A stretch of 63,837 nt of DNA, the filler included, from Atractiella rhizophila (Eukaryota): assembly GCA_021432655.1 (NCBI GenBank). It is 4 parts of 4 records of this genome, joined end to end, with 100 filler letters (N's around TTAATTAATTAA, not from the genome) between each part and the next. Parts side by side here need not be neighbours in the genome. Positions count along the whole stretch, not along the records: positions 1 to 16,090 come from MU271915.1; 3 more parts are not named here. One strand, written 5' to 3'. The position numbers and the translations under genes were made by a program. Every line of letters begins with the position of its first letter. Positions within the stretch are counted from its first letter, which is position 1. This document shows, one piece after another, positions 1 to 13,100 of this stretch. The notes below the pieces were generated by a model, which was not told the origin of the DNA, did no database searches, and was given only the letters and a program-made list of their open reading frames with translations.

Positions 1-1800
1 TTCCTCTCTTTTTCCAAGTTCAGCTTGCTGTCGCTCTTTTTTGATACAGTGCTTGCAGTTTTGAGGACAGAAATTGTCGATGACATTGTCAGTGATCCCC
101 ACCCCTCGGTGTCTTATCAAGGGGTACGTCTCTCTTCAGGACTGTCAAGGGAAGCGACTGATGGAATTTTTCGATGAAGAAATGGACAAACAATCCAGCA
201 CATCCGGATCTCTACTACAATCAAACAGCCCACCACGCCGCAAACGAAGGGTCCATGGTGACGCTACGCTTTAATGGAACTGTTCGTCCTCTCCCTCTTC
301 ATCCTCCTTTCCTCCTGCACTTTTTCATACTCAAACCCTCCGTCTTTGCACAGGAAGTTCACTACGTCGGTGTAAGGAACACAGATCACGGCTCTCTATC
401 CTGCACTCTCGACGGTGGCCAAACGACGACAGTCAACGGGAAAGGGACATTCGAGGCGCATTCAAATTTGTGTTCTTTCTCTGCGTTGGACAACGAGACT
501 GAACACTCCCTCGTGGTGAAGAATGAGGGAGGAGGTAGCATGGACATCGATTACTTTCTTGTCACGTTCGATGATAGGACGGAGGTGTTACAGCAGAGCT
601 TGACGGATGACCAGATCAGGAACCAAGGGTTTAAGAGGACTGTGTCGGTGGATGATCGCGATCCAAGCATTGTCTACGAAGGGGTACGCGGTGCTGGTTC
701 GATTTCGGAGGGTGACTGATGAAAGGGATGAAGGTGTGGGAAGCGAAGGACCACCTGAGCTTCTTCAACCATTCAACACACACTGCCAACACCACTGGTG
801 CACGAGCGACCATAACATTTCAAGGAGCTTCAGTAAGTTCGTCCCTTCTTTTCCTAATCTCCCCTCGGGCTCTTCCTGCTCTATTCTACTTGCATGACCC
901 ACCCTCTTCGCAATGTAGGCAATCTCTTTCTTGGGTTCCACGAAAGCAGATCATGGCCTTGGAACGTGCGAGATTGAAGGCGGCCCACGATCCACGTTCA
1001 ACGGAAGCGCTGCTACGCAGGGATACACGCAGGTATTCTGTGGATTTGATGGATTGGATCCTACGCAGGAACATGTACTCCATGTTGTGAACTTGGAAGA
1101 TAAGTTTCTCGATGTCGATCTCTTCTTGTTGCGTTTTCTTTGTCTACCCTTGCGCTTTTGAATTGAAGAATAGCAGGTTGACAATTGATTACTATCCACC
1201 TTCGACCGGGGGGAAGAACGAAGAGAGTGGGAGTGCAGACGGCAGTGAAGCTAGTAGCAGCAATTCGGGATCTCCTGTCGGTGCAATTGTGGGAGGCGTG
1301 TCTTCCTTCCTCAGCTCGGTTTTATATCATGAACTAACGACCATCTTCAAGGCGTAATCGGGGGTCTAGCGGTCATCGTTCTCTCCATCTTCCTCTATCG
1401 CCGACACAAAAGCTCGCACAAACGCATTTGGTCCCATCAGGAAGACTCAACTGCAATCCTAGGCACGATTGAAAAGCCTTTTACCCCGTCACCATTCACT
1501 CCCCCGCCTTCAAGTCAAGCAGGTACAGGAAGCATCATCTCCTTCGGCGGCATGGAGAAATACTACGCAGGCGGGATGGGAGTTTATGGCTACAACGCAG
1601 ACAGTGGAACAAACGATGTACGCAACGCTCACCAATTGCGATCGTCGCCACCTGGCAGCTCGAGGCTCAGTGGTCTTAGCGTTCCGGGTGGTGTAATAGA
1701 GCAGAGGAGAAGGAGCGAGAGTGGTTATGGAGGAGACCCCATCCCATCACAATTTCCTGAAATTCAGGATTGGCATGGGAATATGGGACGGATTCGCTAG
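1..1800 (+). CDS. Single-pass cell-surface protein: signal peptide (start just outside window), two tandem VDD-x-D-P-S-I/V-x-Y-x-G-x-W extracellular domains, Ser/Gly linker, TM helix, cytoplasmic tail; multi-exon
   Basis: Frame 1 from base 1 reads FLSFSKFSLLSLFFDTVLA-VLRTEIVDD. Manual splicing joins ORFs 174, 719, 931, 1112 and 1552. The repeats share DHGxxxCxxDGG/EGG and DxDxFL motifs. TM segment GGVIGGLAVIVLSIFLYRRHK; stop at 1798-1800. Confidence 0.75.
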
Positions 1801-2959
1801 GGAGATGAGAACAATCTGAAACTTGGATGAGGTTTGCGAATTTGCATTTTTTTTTCGTTAATTATCTATCTACACGCTGTTTGTGGCTGTAAGAACGTGA
1901 ATTCTGGTCTGAGTCAGATACAGAAATGTTGGCGTTTGCATTCACAACGCTTGTCCCAACTAGAAACTGAATAGGAATCGAAACACTCTGAAACTACAGA
2001 AACACGATCGCCTTCTTCAACTATCGCATTCTTTCAGCTGTTGCCCTATATCTCCACGCAGTGCTCTGACTTTTGGCTGGCTTCTACAGTAGCTCGGCTG
2101 GGGGGATCAGTTGTGCGAGTAGAGTGCATGGTTGCTTTGTGAAATAGCCATTGCATCTGCCCACTGCTTAGGCGCCAAAGGGGATTGGACAGTCACAGCG
2201 TTCATCCGGGCTTGTCTGTAGCGCTGCTCGCTATTGGGCAACTCGAAACTTAGTGGACTCAGCGCTCTTTCTAGTAGTTAGTGTAGATGAATGGAGAGGA
2301 GAGGAGATCTCGTCATGCCCATCCATAGCACCCATCGTAGTTTCTGGAGAGGGAGAGAGAGACTGATGATTCGCATAGGGGACACGCAATGACGGATTAC
2401 TTATAAAGATAAGTCAGGATTTTCGAGTTTCCCAAAGTTCATTAATTATATTGTTGTGTTTGTCTTGTTGACTGAGGAAACAGATTCTAGAGGATTGTAG
2501 GGTGGTCTTCGATCACGGTGAGCGACGAATGAGTAAGTGAACCACCAGCTGAACAAAGCGAAAACCTTCATTTTCATTTATTCGAAACAAAGGTCGAGGA
2601 CGACACGGAAGTCCTGACGGAAGTTGCGACGATGCATCCAGTCACGGTATTGGGAGTCAGAGAAGTAGAAGGAGAAACATTGACAGCTGGCGAAGGTTGG
2701 CCACAGCGGTACACAATTGTCAGAGCCACTAGTATTCCGCTCGACAGCTTCACCGCGGACGTTTTGCCGATCTAGTGTCATTCGTGAGCGCTCCACTTCG
2801 TCTGTGATTGAGTTCTAACTTCTCTCTACTTTCTTCTGCTCCCCGACCATAGTCGCGAAGCATGCCGTGTCTAGGTCTTGATGTGGGTCGCGGGGACCCT
2901 CCAGCAAGGCTTTAAAGCAGCCCAATGTCCTACTTGGGCGGAATCAGGAGTAGCAGAAG

Positions 2960-4741
2960 ATGATGCTTCTCCTTCTTGTCGCCATTGCGTACGCGCTCGA
3001 AACCGCCCATGATTTTGAGCGACGCGAAGTCGAATTACCTGCTAGAGGAACAGCCCAAAGAATCAAGTCTTTGACTGAATATTGTGACTCCAATAGCCCT
3101 TTCCCCGGCGTCCTGGGAAGACGGCAATCTTCTTGCACAGATCCTGGCTACGGGAAATGCAACTCGTACGATTACTGTTGCCCGCTAGGTGGGAAATGCT
3201 GTGGAAACAACAGTGAGAAGCGATTTTTCTAACTGTTTTCGACTAAAGTGAAGCGGGCAGAATGTTGTAGTTCTGGGAAATGGTGTTATTCCACTGGTCA
3301 CTTCCTCGTTCTGTTTGCTTTGCAGAGAGATAATCAAGGAGATCAGGTTGTTGTTATAACAACGAGAATGGCTGTGATTCCAAGGGATGCTGTCAACAGG
3401 GAGAGCAATGCTGCAAAGGTTGAGACCCTTTCCTCACAACCGAATTTATCTAAATTTCGCGGGTTGCAGGAGGAGGGTGTTGCGAAGCCGGGTATGCCTG
3501 CTCCAACGAAGACCAAACTTCGAAATTAATCATTGGGAGAACCCAGCACGCATTGCATCAAGTTTGCCAGTGGAAACCCTGGCTGTTGTCACACTGATCA
3601 AGGCTATTATCCTTGTGCAAGCGCACTCCATGACTTTTGTTGCCGTTAGTCTTATGACCATTTTTCTCGCATGCCTGGTCGCTCATAATATTGCGGCAGC
3701 GCTCGGTTCGACCTGCTTCGTCGATGACTTAGGTGTTCCGAAGTGCAGGTCATCTGGTAGCGTCCCAACGTACTCACAGCTCACCAATACGCGTGGGTGC
3801 CTCAGCTCAATCCTCTTTGCGGAAAGAGCTCACACAGTGCATAAGCTGCGGAGGAAACGACATCGCCAAATGCTGCAGAAACTAGCACGCAAAGTTCGAC
3901 ACGAAGCCTCTCTATCCCAACATCCTCCACTTCGAGTGATCGTGCGTCTATGTTTCAGAGTGGAATGAGCGAACGGGACTGAAGTCAGTACAAGTTGCCA
4001 CGATTACTCCAACTCCTCCAAGTGTTCCACGCTCAACGACTCAATGGGTCCCTCTTGATGACCCAAGTTTTATTGTTTGGTCTGGGGATTGGACCAATTC
4101 CGGCTCGCCTTGCAACAGTAGCGATAGCTCTCGATCAGCCCAAGGTACCGGGGATTTTTTGGTATCCTTATCCCTTCGGGTTGCTTTCGTTCTCCAATGT
4201 TGGTCACATTCGTTCTCCTGCAAGCACCTCCCGCTCATGTCAGCATTAACAGCTGGCCAAGGAATCTACATAAGCTTCAGAGCCTCAAGACTCACCGAAT
4301 ACTCCATCGGTTTTATCAATAACCAATTGTCCTACGTTGGCAACTCTGCTGCAACAACGCCGACGGAAGATGATGTCTGCGACGACGGCATTGCATTCGA
4401 AAGTCACTCCGAAATCACATCAGTCGAGTTGAGACTTGTGGGATATGCCTCAAGTTCGAGTGGTAAGATGCTTCAAGCAAGGCAAGAAGCTCCGTTTTGG
4501 TTGAAAGTGAACGGCCTTTGGTGCGTTGCGCTAGTTGCTAGTTGATGGGCTCATAGCTAGGTTCTGGCATAGGACATACGACTTAGACATTTCCAGTGCT
4601 ACTTCATCTCCAACGTCATCCGCGAGACCTTCCGCAAGCTTGGTAGGAAACATCGGGTCGACGGCGCACAGAATATCTACGACACCTCGGTGGGCGATGC
4701 TTGTAGCAGCACTTTGTTGGTTGTTTCTGCCACTTATGTGA
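2960..4741 (+). CDS. Secreted Cys-rich (CC-repeat), Ser/Thr-rich, probably GPI-anchored surface protein; multi-exon
   Basis: Signal peptide MMLLLLVAIAYA; Kex2-like RRQ; many CC motifs over small exons; Ser/Thr linker; WVPLDDPSFIVWSGDW domain; hydrophobic C-terminus WAMLVAALCWLFLPLM*. Confidence 0.8.
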
Positions 4742-5478
4742 TATATGAAACTACATTCTGAAGGATGAAAGGATCATGTAACTTAGGGACGACAACAATG
4801 ATATTTGTATGTGCAACTCGATGTGCAAGAATTAGATATCACTCCCACAGAACTCAGATGAGAGGGTTGGATGGAGGAAGGCAATTGCGATATCAGTTGT
4901 GGTATCAGTTGCAGATGAACTGATTCCTGTGCTCAGGAAGCATAGCAAATCACAATTGTTGGACTATGCGCAGTGCAAGAGGGAGTCTTAAATCTGACAT
5001 GAATGAAAATTATTCGCTTTGTACTAATAGATCTGACCAATGCTGAAGTTATGAAGTACTAATGAAGCTAAAAGCTCGAACGAGGCAGAAGGAGGATTAT
5101 CCTTTCGAATGAGTAATGGGATACCTGTTGCCCCTGATCTGAAATTATGCAACGACAGGAATGCGATCACTCAAATTGCTCGCACAATTCCCTCTGAGGC
5201 ATTTAAGCGTTGTGACAGCAAAGCATCAAAAGGTCGGAAAATGCGAAATATACCTTCCTCCAGGTCCAGACCCTGACTGGTATTAAATATAAAAACAGGA
5301 AATTAGATCTTGATGCAGGATTACGAAGAACATGACTGTTTGTTGACGACAATTAAAATCATTGAGCACGTTGTTACCATGCTGGAGGTGGACGAACAGC
5401 CTTGCTGGGACTATAAAGAGGCAGGAGTAGCGAGTTCATCCTCGTTCCCACCTTAGATTCCAGGTGCGGCGAATCAGA

Positions 5479-6424
5479 ATGCGTTCTCTGCCTAGTTTAG
5501 CCTTGCTCAGTTGTTGCGCTCTCACCATCGCTCAAACCACCGCTGATCCGCCTTATAAATGGGGGTACTTGGCATTTCCCAACTTTACAGGCTTGGTGCG
5601 ACACTTTGCCTCCTCCCCTACATTCTTCACAAATTTTAAAACCCGGCGCAGGATATCTTCGGTCCACTTGAATTCTACGGCATGGGCGCATTTAGCACCC
5701 CTCTTGATATGGCAATCATTGCTTCGGATCTCTCCTTTGTGCCTTCGACAGCGAAGACGAAGTCTGGACATCCCACTGCTGGCGTCATGCCTACGTCTAC
5801 CTTCAATGATCCCAAATCGTATGCCATAGATGTCTTGATCATCCCTGGCGGTGCGGGAAGCAGAGTCGCAATTAAAGACCAAAGGTTGTTGGACTATGTT
5901 AGAGAAGTAGGGAAGACGGCAAAATATGTTCTAAGTACGTGTACTGGTGCACAAATTTTAGGTAACGCTGGATTGGTACGCGCCACTCATGTCACCTCTA
6001 CAACAAAAGCATAACATTCTTGGGAGGCAGCTCGATGGAAAGCGCGCGACGACAAACAAGTTCTCCTGGCGTGAAATGGTACAGAGCTGTCCAGATACAA
6101 TTGAATGGGTTCGTCCATAGAATTGCGTTTATTATTATCTGTTACAATTCGACTCAGGTCCCGGAAGCACGTTGGGTGGTAGATGGAAATATATGGACAT
6201 CATCAGGGGTGACTGGTACGTCACTTTCCTCCAAAATTTTTGCTGAAAGAAGCTGAACCGCTTCAACTCAGCTGGAATGGATATGATCCACGCCCTTTAT
6301 CAGCCAAGTGATGCAGAATGAAACACTGGCTGATCGAGCGGCAAACATCATTGAATATGAGGTGCATCGAGATCCAAGCTGGGACCCTTTCAGCGGGGTG
6401 TGGAATGCTACTTTCCCATTTTGA
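5479..6424 (+). CDS. DJ-1/PfpI family protein (class I glutamine amidotransferase-like) with N-terminal signal peptide
   Basis: Spliced motifs FPNFTGLDIFGPLE, DVLIIPGGAG, LSTCTGA (catalytic Cys), LDGKRATTNK, ARWVVDGNIWTSSGVTAGMD, EYEVHRDPSWDPF. TATA-like CTATAAAG at 5411. Confidence 0.9.
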
Positions 6425-6959
6425 AAGTCAAGTGGATATCTAAAAATACTCATACAAGAGACGGAATGGCAAGGCTCGTTGTATTTACGCATTTTGGCCT
6501 TGAGAAAAAGATTAGAAATTGAATTAGCAGATCACAGCCTCTTCAGGAACTTGATGGCAACCTTTGTCACCTACATCTACGTTACTGTACTGAAGCAGCA
6601 ATTCGAAAAATCAATTCCATGAAAGCACGGCACGCGAAAGTATGGGTCAAGAAGCAACGTGCGGGTGAAGCAGATGCAGATTCAAGCGCAAAGCGCACCA
6701 CGATCCATCATCCCACACTCATCCCTACAACTTCACCTACTTTTATCAATCCTTACCATTCCATAATGCCCCATGTTGTAGTTAGTTTCAACTGTTGATC
6801 TTTCAAACCTTAATGCAGTAGTTCTTTTCACTTATTGAAGCAACGCCACCCAACTATTTATGCCTGGTTCCATCTCCAAAACCCACATGACCTTCTCAAT
6901 TGCATAACAATCGACTGGTGAGATATTGGGCTAAGGCAGCACTCAACCAGTCTCTTAGT

Positions 6960-7330
6960 TACTCCCGATTCCGCAACTCTTCCTATGACCATAAAGCTCG
7001 ATGTGGACGACGTTTGCGACGAGGAACTTTTATCGAAACCAATTACGGTGCCTTTGCAACCAGGCAAGAGGCCCCTTTTTGATAAAAGGTGAACGGCCTG
7101 TGGTTTGTTCATAGCTCCACAATCCAATGTTGTGAACAATTGGTTGGAATAGGTTTTACAGTTTGTTGTCCTCATCCACTGTTTCCTCGACACGGTCGAC
7201 TTCTTCACAAAATCTGCAAGTGGCTCTTCAAGAATCAGCGACTCTGTCACTGCCATCTTGCCGGTGACACTTAGGGCTTTGTTGGATCGATGCTCTTCTG
7301 GATGTTTTGCATTTCTGATCTGCAATGAGG
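6960..7330 (+). pseudogene. 3' fragment of a third paralog of the Cys-rich surface protein family, with a frameshift and premature stops
   Basis: Reads DVDDVCD/GTFIE and ATRQEAPF**KVNGLW, with TGA TAA at 7080-7085 where the paralogs encode WL. Same intron position after NGLW. Boundaries approximate. Confidence 0.75.
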
Positions 7331-8272
7331 GAACTGTATGTGAAGCTCATGAGGTCTTGCTGATTCATATTGTGATGCTATTATTCAGTCGTCGGTCGTA
7401 AAGGTTCTTATTCAATTACCCTGAACATCATTCGCAGAGGGAATGATTATTGCTTAGATCGCACGTTGAGGGCGACCTTAAGGCAGGCTCGTCCGCTCAC
7501 CCGTTTTATGTTGCACGATTACGAGAGCTCCTTCATTTTGATTTTGCGGCTACCACTTATTTGCAAGCTCTCGACGTGAGAATTGGGGATTGTTGTCCCC
7601 TGCCCTCTCCCTTTACGCCGGTAACCGGTGAAGTGGGACGAACATTGACAACCTGAATGAATCTGCAGTACTGCGTTTAGAGTTATTTTGAAACCCCTTC
7701 TCCAGCCCAATGCAATTCCTTTTGCTCTGGGACATGAGATCAGAACGAAGCAAGTATAAGAGGCCTGGTTGCCTTTTACGTGACAGGCCTTTGATATCAA
7801 CGTATTAGCTCATCCATTATAAGTGTTTTTACTCATCCTTTGAGAATTATATTGCGGCTCTTGTGTTTCATTGGCTGGCTGGACGCCTGTGTCTAATTAG
7901 GCTAGGCCGCGTTTCCAATCCAAAAGGAACTTTTCAGGCTTCAAAGCTTCAATACAGGTTGATGGGTGGGGCACTGTTTAGTGGGCGAACATCGACACTC
8001 CAAGCTACCGTCAGCAATCCACACATATTCAGTCGTTAAATTGGCGTCCGATTTGGGGAGCATGAGTGCTGCTTTCATTGTCACTTCGCATTAACAAACA
8101 ACCTTTCGTACCGAACAAAGCAGCGACGTTGTGGGTCTGGAAGGGCGTCTGCCTCCGTGCAATTGCTGCTTGGGTCATGGGCAGCGAGAAGAAAGCAACA
8201 TAAATATAAGACTTGTAATTGAGCCCAGTTCCCTTTCACATCACCACCTTTAGCTGAATTGGATCACCAAAG

Positions 8273-9749
8273 ATGGTGCTGCTTGCTTTCTGCAGTCTTT
8301 TGAGTTTGGTGGTCGCTGCTTCAAAAGATTTTGACCTACACGGCGCCAATATCCTTGGTGAATTCAAGACTGGGCGGGCAACGAGTCCATTTTCAAGCTT
8401 ATTGAGCAAACGGCAATATTATTGCGACGCCGGATACTCGTCGTGCTTCGATGGTTGTTGTCCAGTGGGAGATGTCTGCTGCACGGATGGTATTCTTCAA
8501 TCCGTTCTTCAAGTATGCACTTCTCACCTTGATATCAGCATGCTGCTTTCCTGAGTACGCTACGCTTATTATCCGTGGAGCAAATTGAATGAGGCGGCTG
8601 AGTTAGTTATCCAGAGTGCGTCCATGCGCCGGATGGAACCCCTGGATGCTGTCGAGCTGGTTATTTTGCTTGTGTGACACCAGGAGTCAGATGGTGCTGC
8701 AGTTCGTCGTTCAAACATCATGCAGCAATTCTCTCTAATAACTTAGTTGCACTTAGTAACGCCAGGGTCGCCGTGCTATTATGATAGTCAGGGTGTGGGA
8801 AAGTGCGGCACTCAACCTGAGACGGAAACGTCGACGGGTCAGTAATCATCAGCTACTGTAAAATTGACATCGCATTCCGCAGCTCCTACCACTTCACTCA
8901 GTTCGACTTCGCTTACCAGCGATTCGCTACCGACACCGTCTGCCTCGAGCAGTGGTACATTATTACATTCACCACATGAAGCTTTTTTGACAGTCTGAAG
9001 GTGTACCTTATCCAACTACTCCAAGCGTCTCCAGTGCAACATTCATATGGATCTCTTTGGATGACCCAAATATCAATCCCATCTGGCTCCCGCCCTGGAA
9101 CACATCCTCCTCGTCGCCTTGCAATGCCTCTGATGTCTCTAAATCAGTTATACCTTCTGAGTTTGATCAAGTTATCTCTTTCATGTTTGACCTCCAAGGT
9201 TCGTCCCATGGATTTTCATTTTCACGACAAAGTAAAATCAATTGTATTTTATAGTGGGCCAAGGCGTGCAAATAGGTTTGAGAGCAAGAATAGGCGCACA
9301 GTACTCAGCAAGCTTCTTCCTCAGTCCGGCACCACCACGTCCTGCCTTTATAGGAAGTTCTTCTGGTGCCACGCCGGACGATGACGATGTCTGCGGAAAC
9401 GGAACCTACATAGAAAATGTTTATGATCAGAAACAGACGGTGCTAGTGTCGCTGGATTCATTCACCTCTTCTTTCAGCGCTAGGAAGACGCTTCTTGCAA
9501 CAAGACAGGCGGCTCCGTCGTGGCTCAAGATCAACGGTCTTTGGTTCGTGGAAAGTTGCGTAGCCCAGCATTATTGGCTGACTTCGCCAGGATAGGTTTT
9601 ATAGTTTATCACCGCCATCAACCGCTAGTGGACCATCCGGCTCTTCAGGAATTAATGACTCTGCCTCTGTCACGTTGTTGGTGACACCTTGGATCTTCGT
9701 TGGAGCGATCATCTTTTGGTTATTTTTTGAGGTCTCTGATCAGTATTGA
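8273..9749 (+). CDS. Secreted Cys-rich, probably GPI-anchored surface protein; paralog of 2960..4741
   Basis: Signal peptide, KRQ site, CC motifs, WISLDDP..W..PW, GQGVQI, TPDDDDVCGNG, ATRQAAPSWLKINGLW, hydrophobic tail. Confidence 0.8.
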
Positions 9750-10100
9750 ATCAATGAGGAAAGATTTCCGAATCAAATGTGGTGTAGTTTAGTTGGAGGT
9801 GGTGCGGTGGGATTGTGTTTCTAACCGTGTTTTGGCTCAAGAAGCTCAGATAGTGTATGATCCACCCTCTAATGAGATGGAAGGGATACGTTTAAGGATC
9901 ATTACATACATCTGGGTCGACTAAGAGGACACCGATCTGGTCCTTACATCTGCCCCTTCCGCGTATCACAATAAAGTTATACAAAGATGAAGAAAATGCA
10001 CGACGAAGGAGTCAACAAGTTGAAGCTCGAGGGGGACAAGTGGGGCAGGTACCTGAGAGCAGCAGATAAGTCTGTAGTCGCGTGGATACTCCTTGGAACG

Positions 10101-13100
10101 TCAGCGAGGGGTGTGCAAAGCTGAGCTGTGAGCATTTTGGCTTGCTATCGGAGGCTGCATTACCATTATTGGAGGGACAATAATCGATGACCTGGTAGGC
10201 GTCTTGCTTCCCTTTTCGCGCCGTGACTTTATGACACCTTTCCAGCGATCCTTAAGCTTCTTGTACAGTGTCTCTTCTGCTTCCTCATCCATTCCATCTA
10301 CCATGCTAAGAGCTTCTCGCTCTTCAGCAAGAGTATTAATACAGACCCCCAATGTGCGAAGTGAGCGATAACTGGCCGTTGCGCCTTTGGTCGCTTGCGT
10401 CGAGAGAGCAATGGAAGAAAGTTGACGGAGTGTGTAAAGAATGACAGATATCTGGTTGAGAGAGATCGGAAGCGGAAGGTCCTCTGGCAAAGTGATGACT
10501 TGCGAACTCGAAGCCCCTTCAGGAGTTGTTCTGGCCTTCCCTTTGCCATTTGACTTCTTATTGGAAGGGATTATGAAATCTGGAGTAAATGCGGTCTGAT
10601 TTGAGGGGAGAATCTTGATGATTAAACGGACGACACCGAGGCCTATCTTGTCCTTTCGGAACTCTAAGACCATCGCAGCTCCTATATGGCATGAGGTTGG
10701 GTTAAAAGAAAACTGGGAAAATCCACCTGCATGACCACTTTCCTCAGCCTGGATATCCTGCTGACCAGCAGTGAACTTACTCTCACCGTGCCTAAAAAAT
10801 GTCATCCTGATATTTACACCATAAGAGAGGAGGAACACGCACCACATGAGAAACCTGAGGAGGCTTGACCAATTATCAGCCTCGATAGCCCAAGTGCTCA
10901 ACTCTCTTTCGCTCTTATTCGATAGTTCCATTGTCCTTGGGAACTGACCGTCCTCTAAGGATGCTGGATTCAACTCAGTTCCAGCTGTATCTCCCCCTGG
11001 CCTTCCGAAGCGGACACCGGTGGCGAAGACAGCGTTCATCGTGCGTTCTCCGTTGGGTAATTCAGTGTTCTCGAGAGATTGTGGGTTGACCATCGGCGGC
11101 GATGGAACAGGTATCTGGTTCAACAGTACCGTAGAGGGTATCGTGGGTGTCGTTGAACGCGAAGGGGGGTCAGGTTGAAAGGCTGTTGGTTGCTGTGGTC
11201 GCGGCGCTGAAAACGTCGGCGATGGTATAGCAGTTGAACCATCAAGAAAGGAAGAACGTCGCGAAGTTGTAGGCTCTGTGACTTCTTCAATAGTGTACAT
11301 AGAAAAGTTGTCGTGAGGTATTTCGGCGTTGACGAAGTCACCCTCTCCTTCCTGTGTAGATGTGGGAGAAGATGGGGCGGGATTGGGGTCATCTGAATTT
11401 GAGGAACCTGAACTGTTGCGAGAGTTCGAAGGCTGCGTGTTTGTTTGAGTGGCACGAAAGGGAGAAGAGGGTTGATCATCAACAGGCGAAGCTATGGCAC
11501 TGGGTGACCTAATCAACGTTGTGGTAGATGATACAAGGCTTGGGGAGCCTGGACGTCTAGCAGTATCCCACTGGTCCCTATTAAGGCTGGACTTTCGCCG
11601 TAAGGAAGAAGGTGATGTTGGAGATTCACGGCGTTCTTCCTGCTTTTCTGAAGGCGATTGGGTGGAGGTCGGAGAAGTCCGTATAGGCGGAGGTTTTGGA
11701 GGAGGTAACTTGGGAGATCGATTTGTTAGATCAGATTTGAGGTCGTTAAGAGGAGATCTGGAACGCATGGCAGGGAGCAGGATGAGAGGTGAAGACCAAG
11801 CTGCCCCGTTCTCTCCGTGGGATGGCTTATGACCGTCAATCCGCTCCACAGCCGAAGTCTCCTTCTCTAACCTCGCTCTCCGTAACCGCTCCTCTTCTCT
11901 ACTTAGTCGTAGAGCTAGTTCAAACGTCTCCTCTTCCTGCCGCGCAACATCGACAGGACTGAAACCATTGTCTAGAGGAGCTGCGCCAGGTGGTAACCAG
12001 CCATGTTGACCTCCCGGATTTGCCCACAGATGACCTGACTTCTCATTTCCAGGTCCGAAGAGAGTTGGTGTCCCCAACAACTGGGAATAGAAGTTAGGTT
12101 GAGCAGATAGAACATAAGTCAGCGGTTGATCTGTTTCCGCACGCGGGGGTGAATGTGGAGGATTTGTATCGTCTTCTTCCTGCATGCCCAAAGAAATGTC
12201 AGCCATAACTATTCCAGTGCCAGTTTATATGATGAGGAATTGGCCACAGTTGCGAATAATGGCATTCTCATGACCGTGGGGGAGATGGTGCAGCGTGTAT
12301 TCCAGAGAAAAAGGCTGGTCAACGCCGTTCAAAGAGCAACCAAAAGATGTTGACGTCCGACTCGTAAGAGATTGACGTACATTCTTCTGTCTATCCTGTC
12401 CCCCTTTCCTACTGTTCTCTGGGAAATGCCGTAGTGTGTCCCGTTCCTCGACTGCAGCTGGCTCCTCCTCTTTCTCCGGCCGTTGCCTCTCCCTCTTCTT
12501 CGTGAACGCAGTTTGCTCCCCTCTCAGCCTACCGACCTGGTCCGCAGGTTCTCCCAGAGTTGCTTTAAATAATCCCAGCTTCGTCAACAGTCGTGAAACC
12601 TCATGAGTCGACAGCGCCGTCGATTCGTTTGCTCCTGCAGAAGCCAAAGGAGCATCAACACCGTTATTCGTTGACTGGTTACTGGAAGACGAAGCCCTGC
12701 GTCTATGACGTCGCTTAAAGAGGGAGGCCAATCCGTTGTAATCTACATCTCTGTCTGATGGCACATTAGTGAGCATTTTGGCTTGCTATCGGAGGCTGCA
12801 TTACCATTATTGGAGGGACAATAATCGATGACCTGGTAGGCGTCTTGCTTCCCTTTTCGCGCCGTGACTTTATGACACCTTTCCAGCGATCCTTAAGCTT
12901 CTTGTACAGTGTCTCTTCTGCTTCCTCATCCATTCCATCTACCATGCTAAGAGCTTCTCGCTCTTCAGCAAGAGTATTAATACAGACCCCCAATGTGCGA
13001 AGTGAGCGATAACTGGCCGTTGCGCCTTTGGTCGCTTGCGTCGAGAGAGCAATGGAAGAAAGTTGACGGAGTGTGTAAAGAATGACAGATATCTGGTTGA

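Noticed and set aside
1297..1350. Genome-wide excess of GC-AG introns
   Set aside because: Only two or three candidates (1297, 56879, 50407), and each has an alternative GT donor or unspliced reading; needs RNA-seq.
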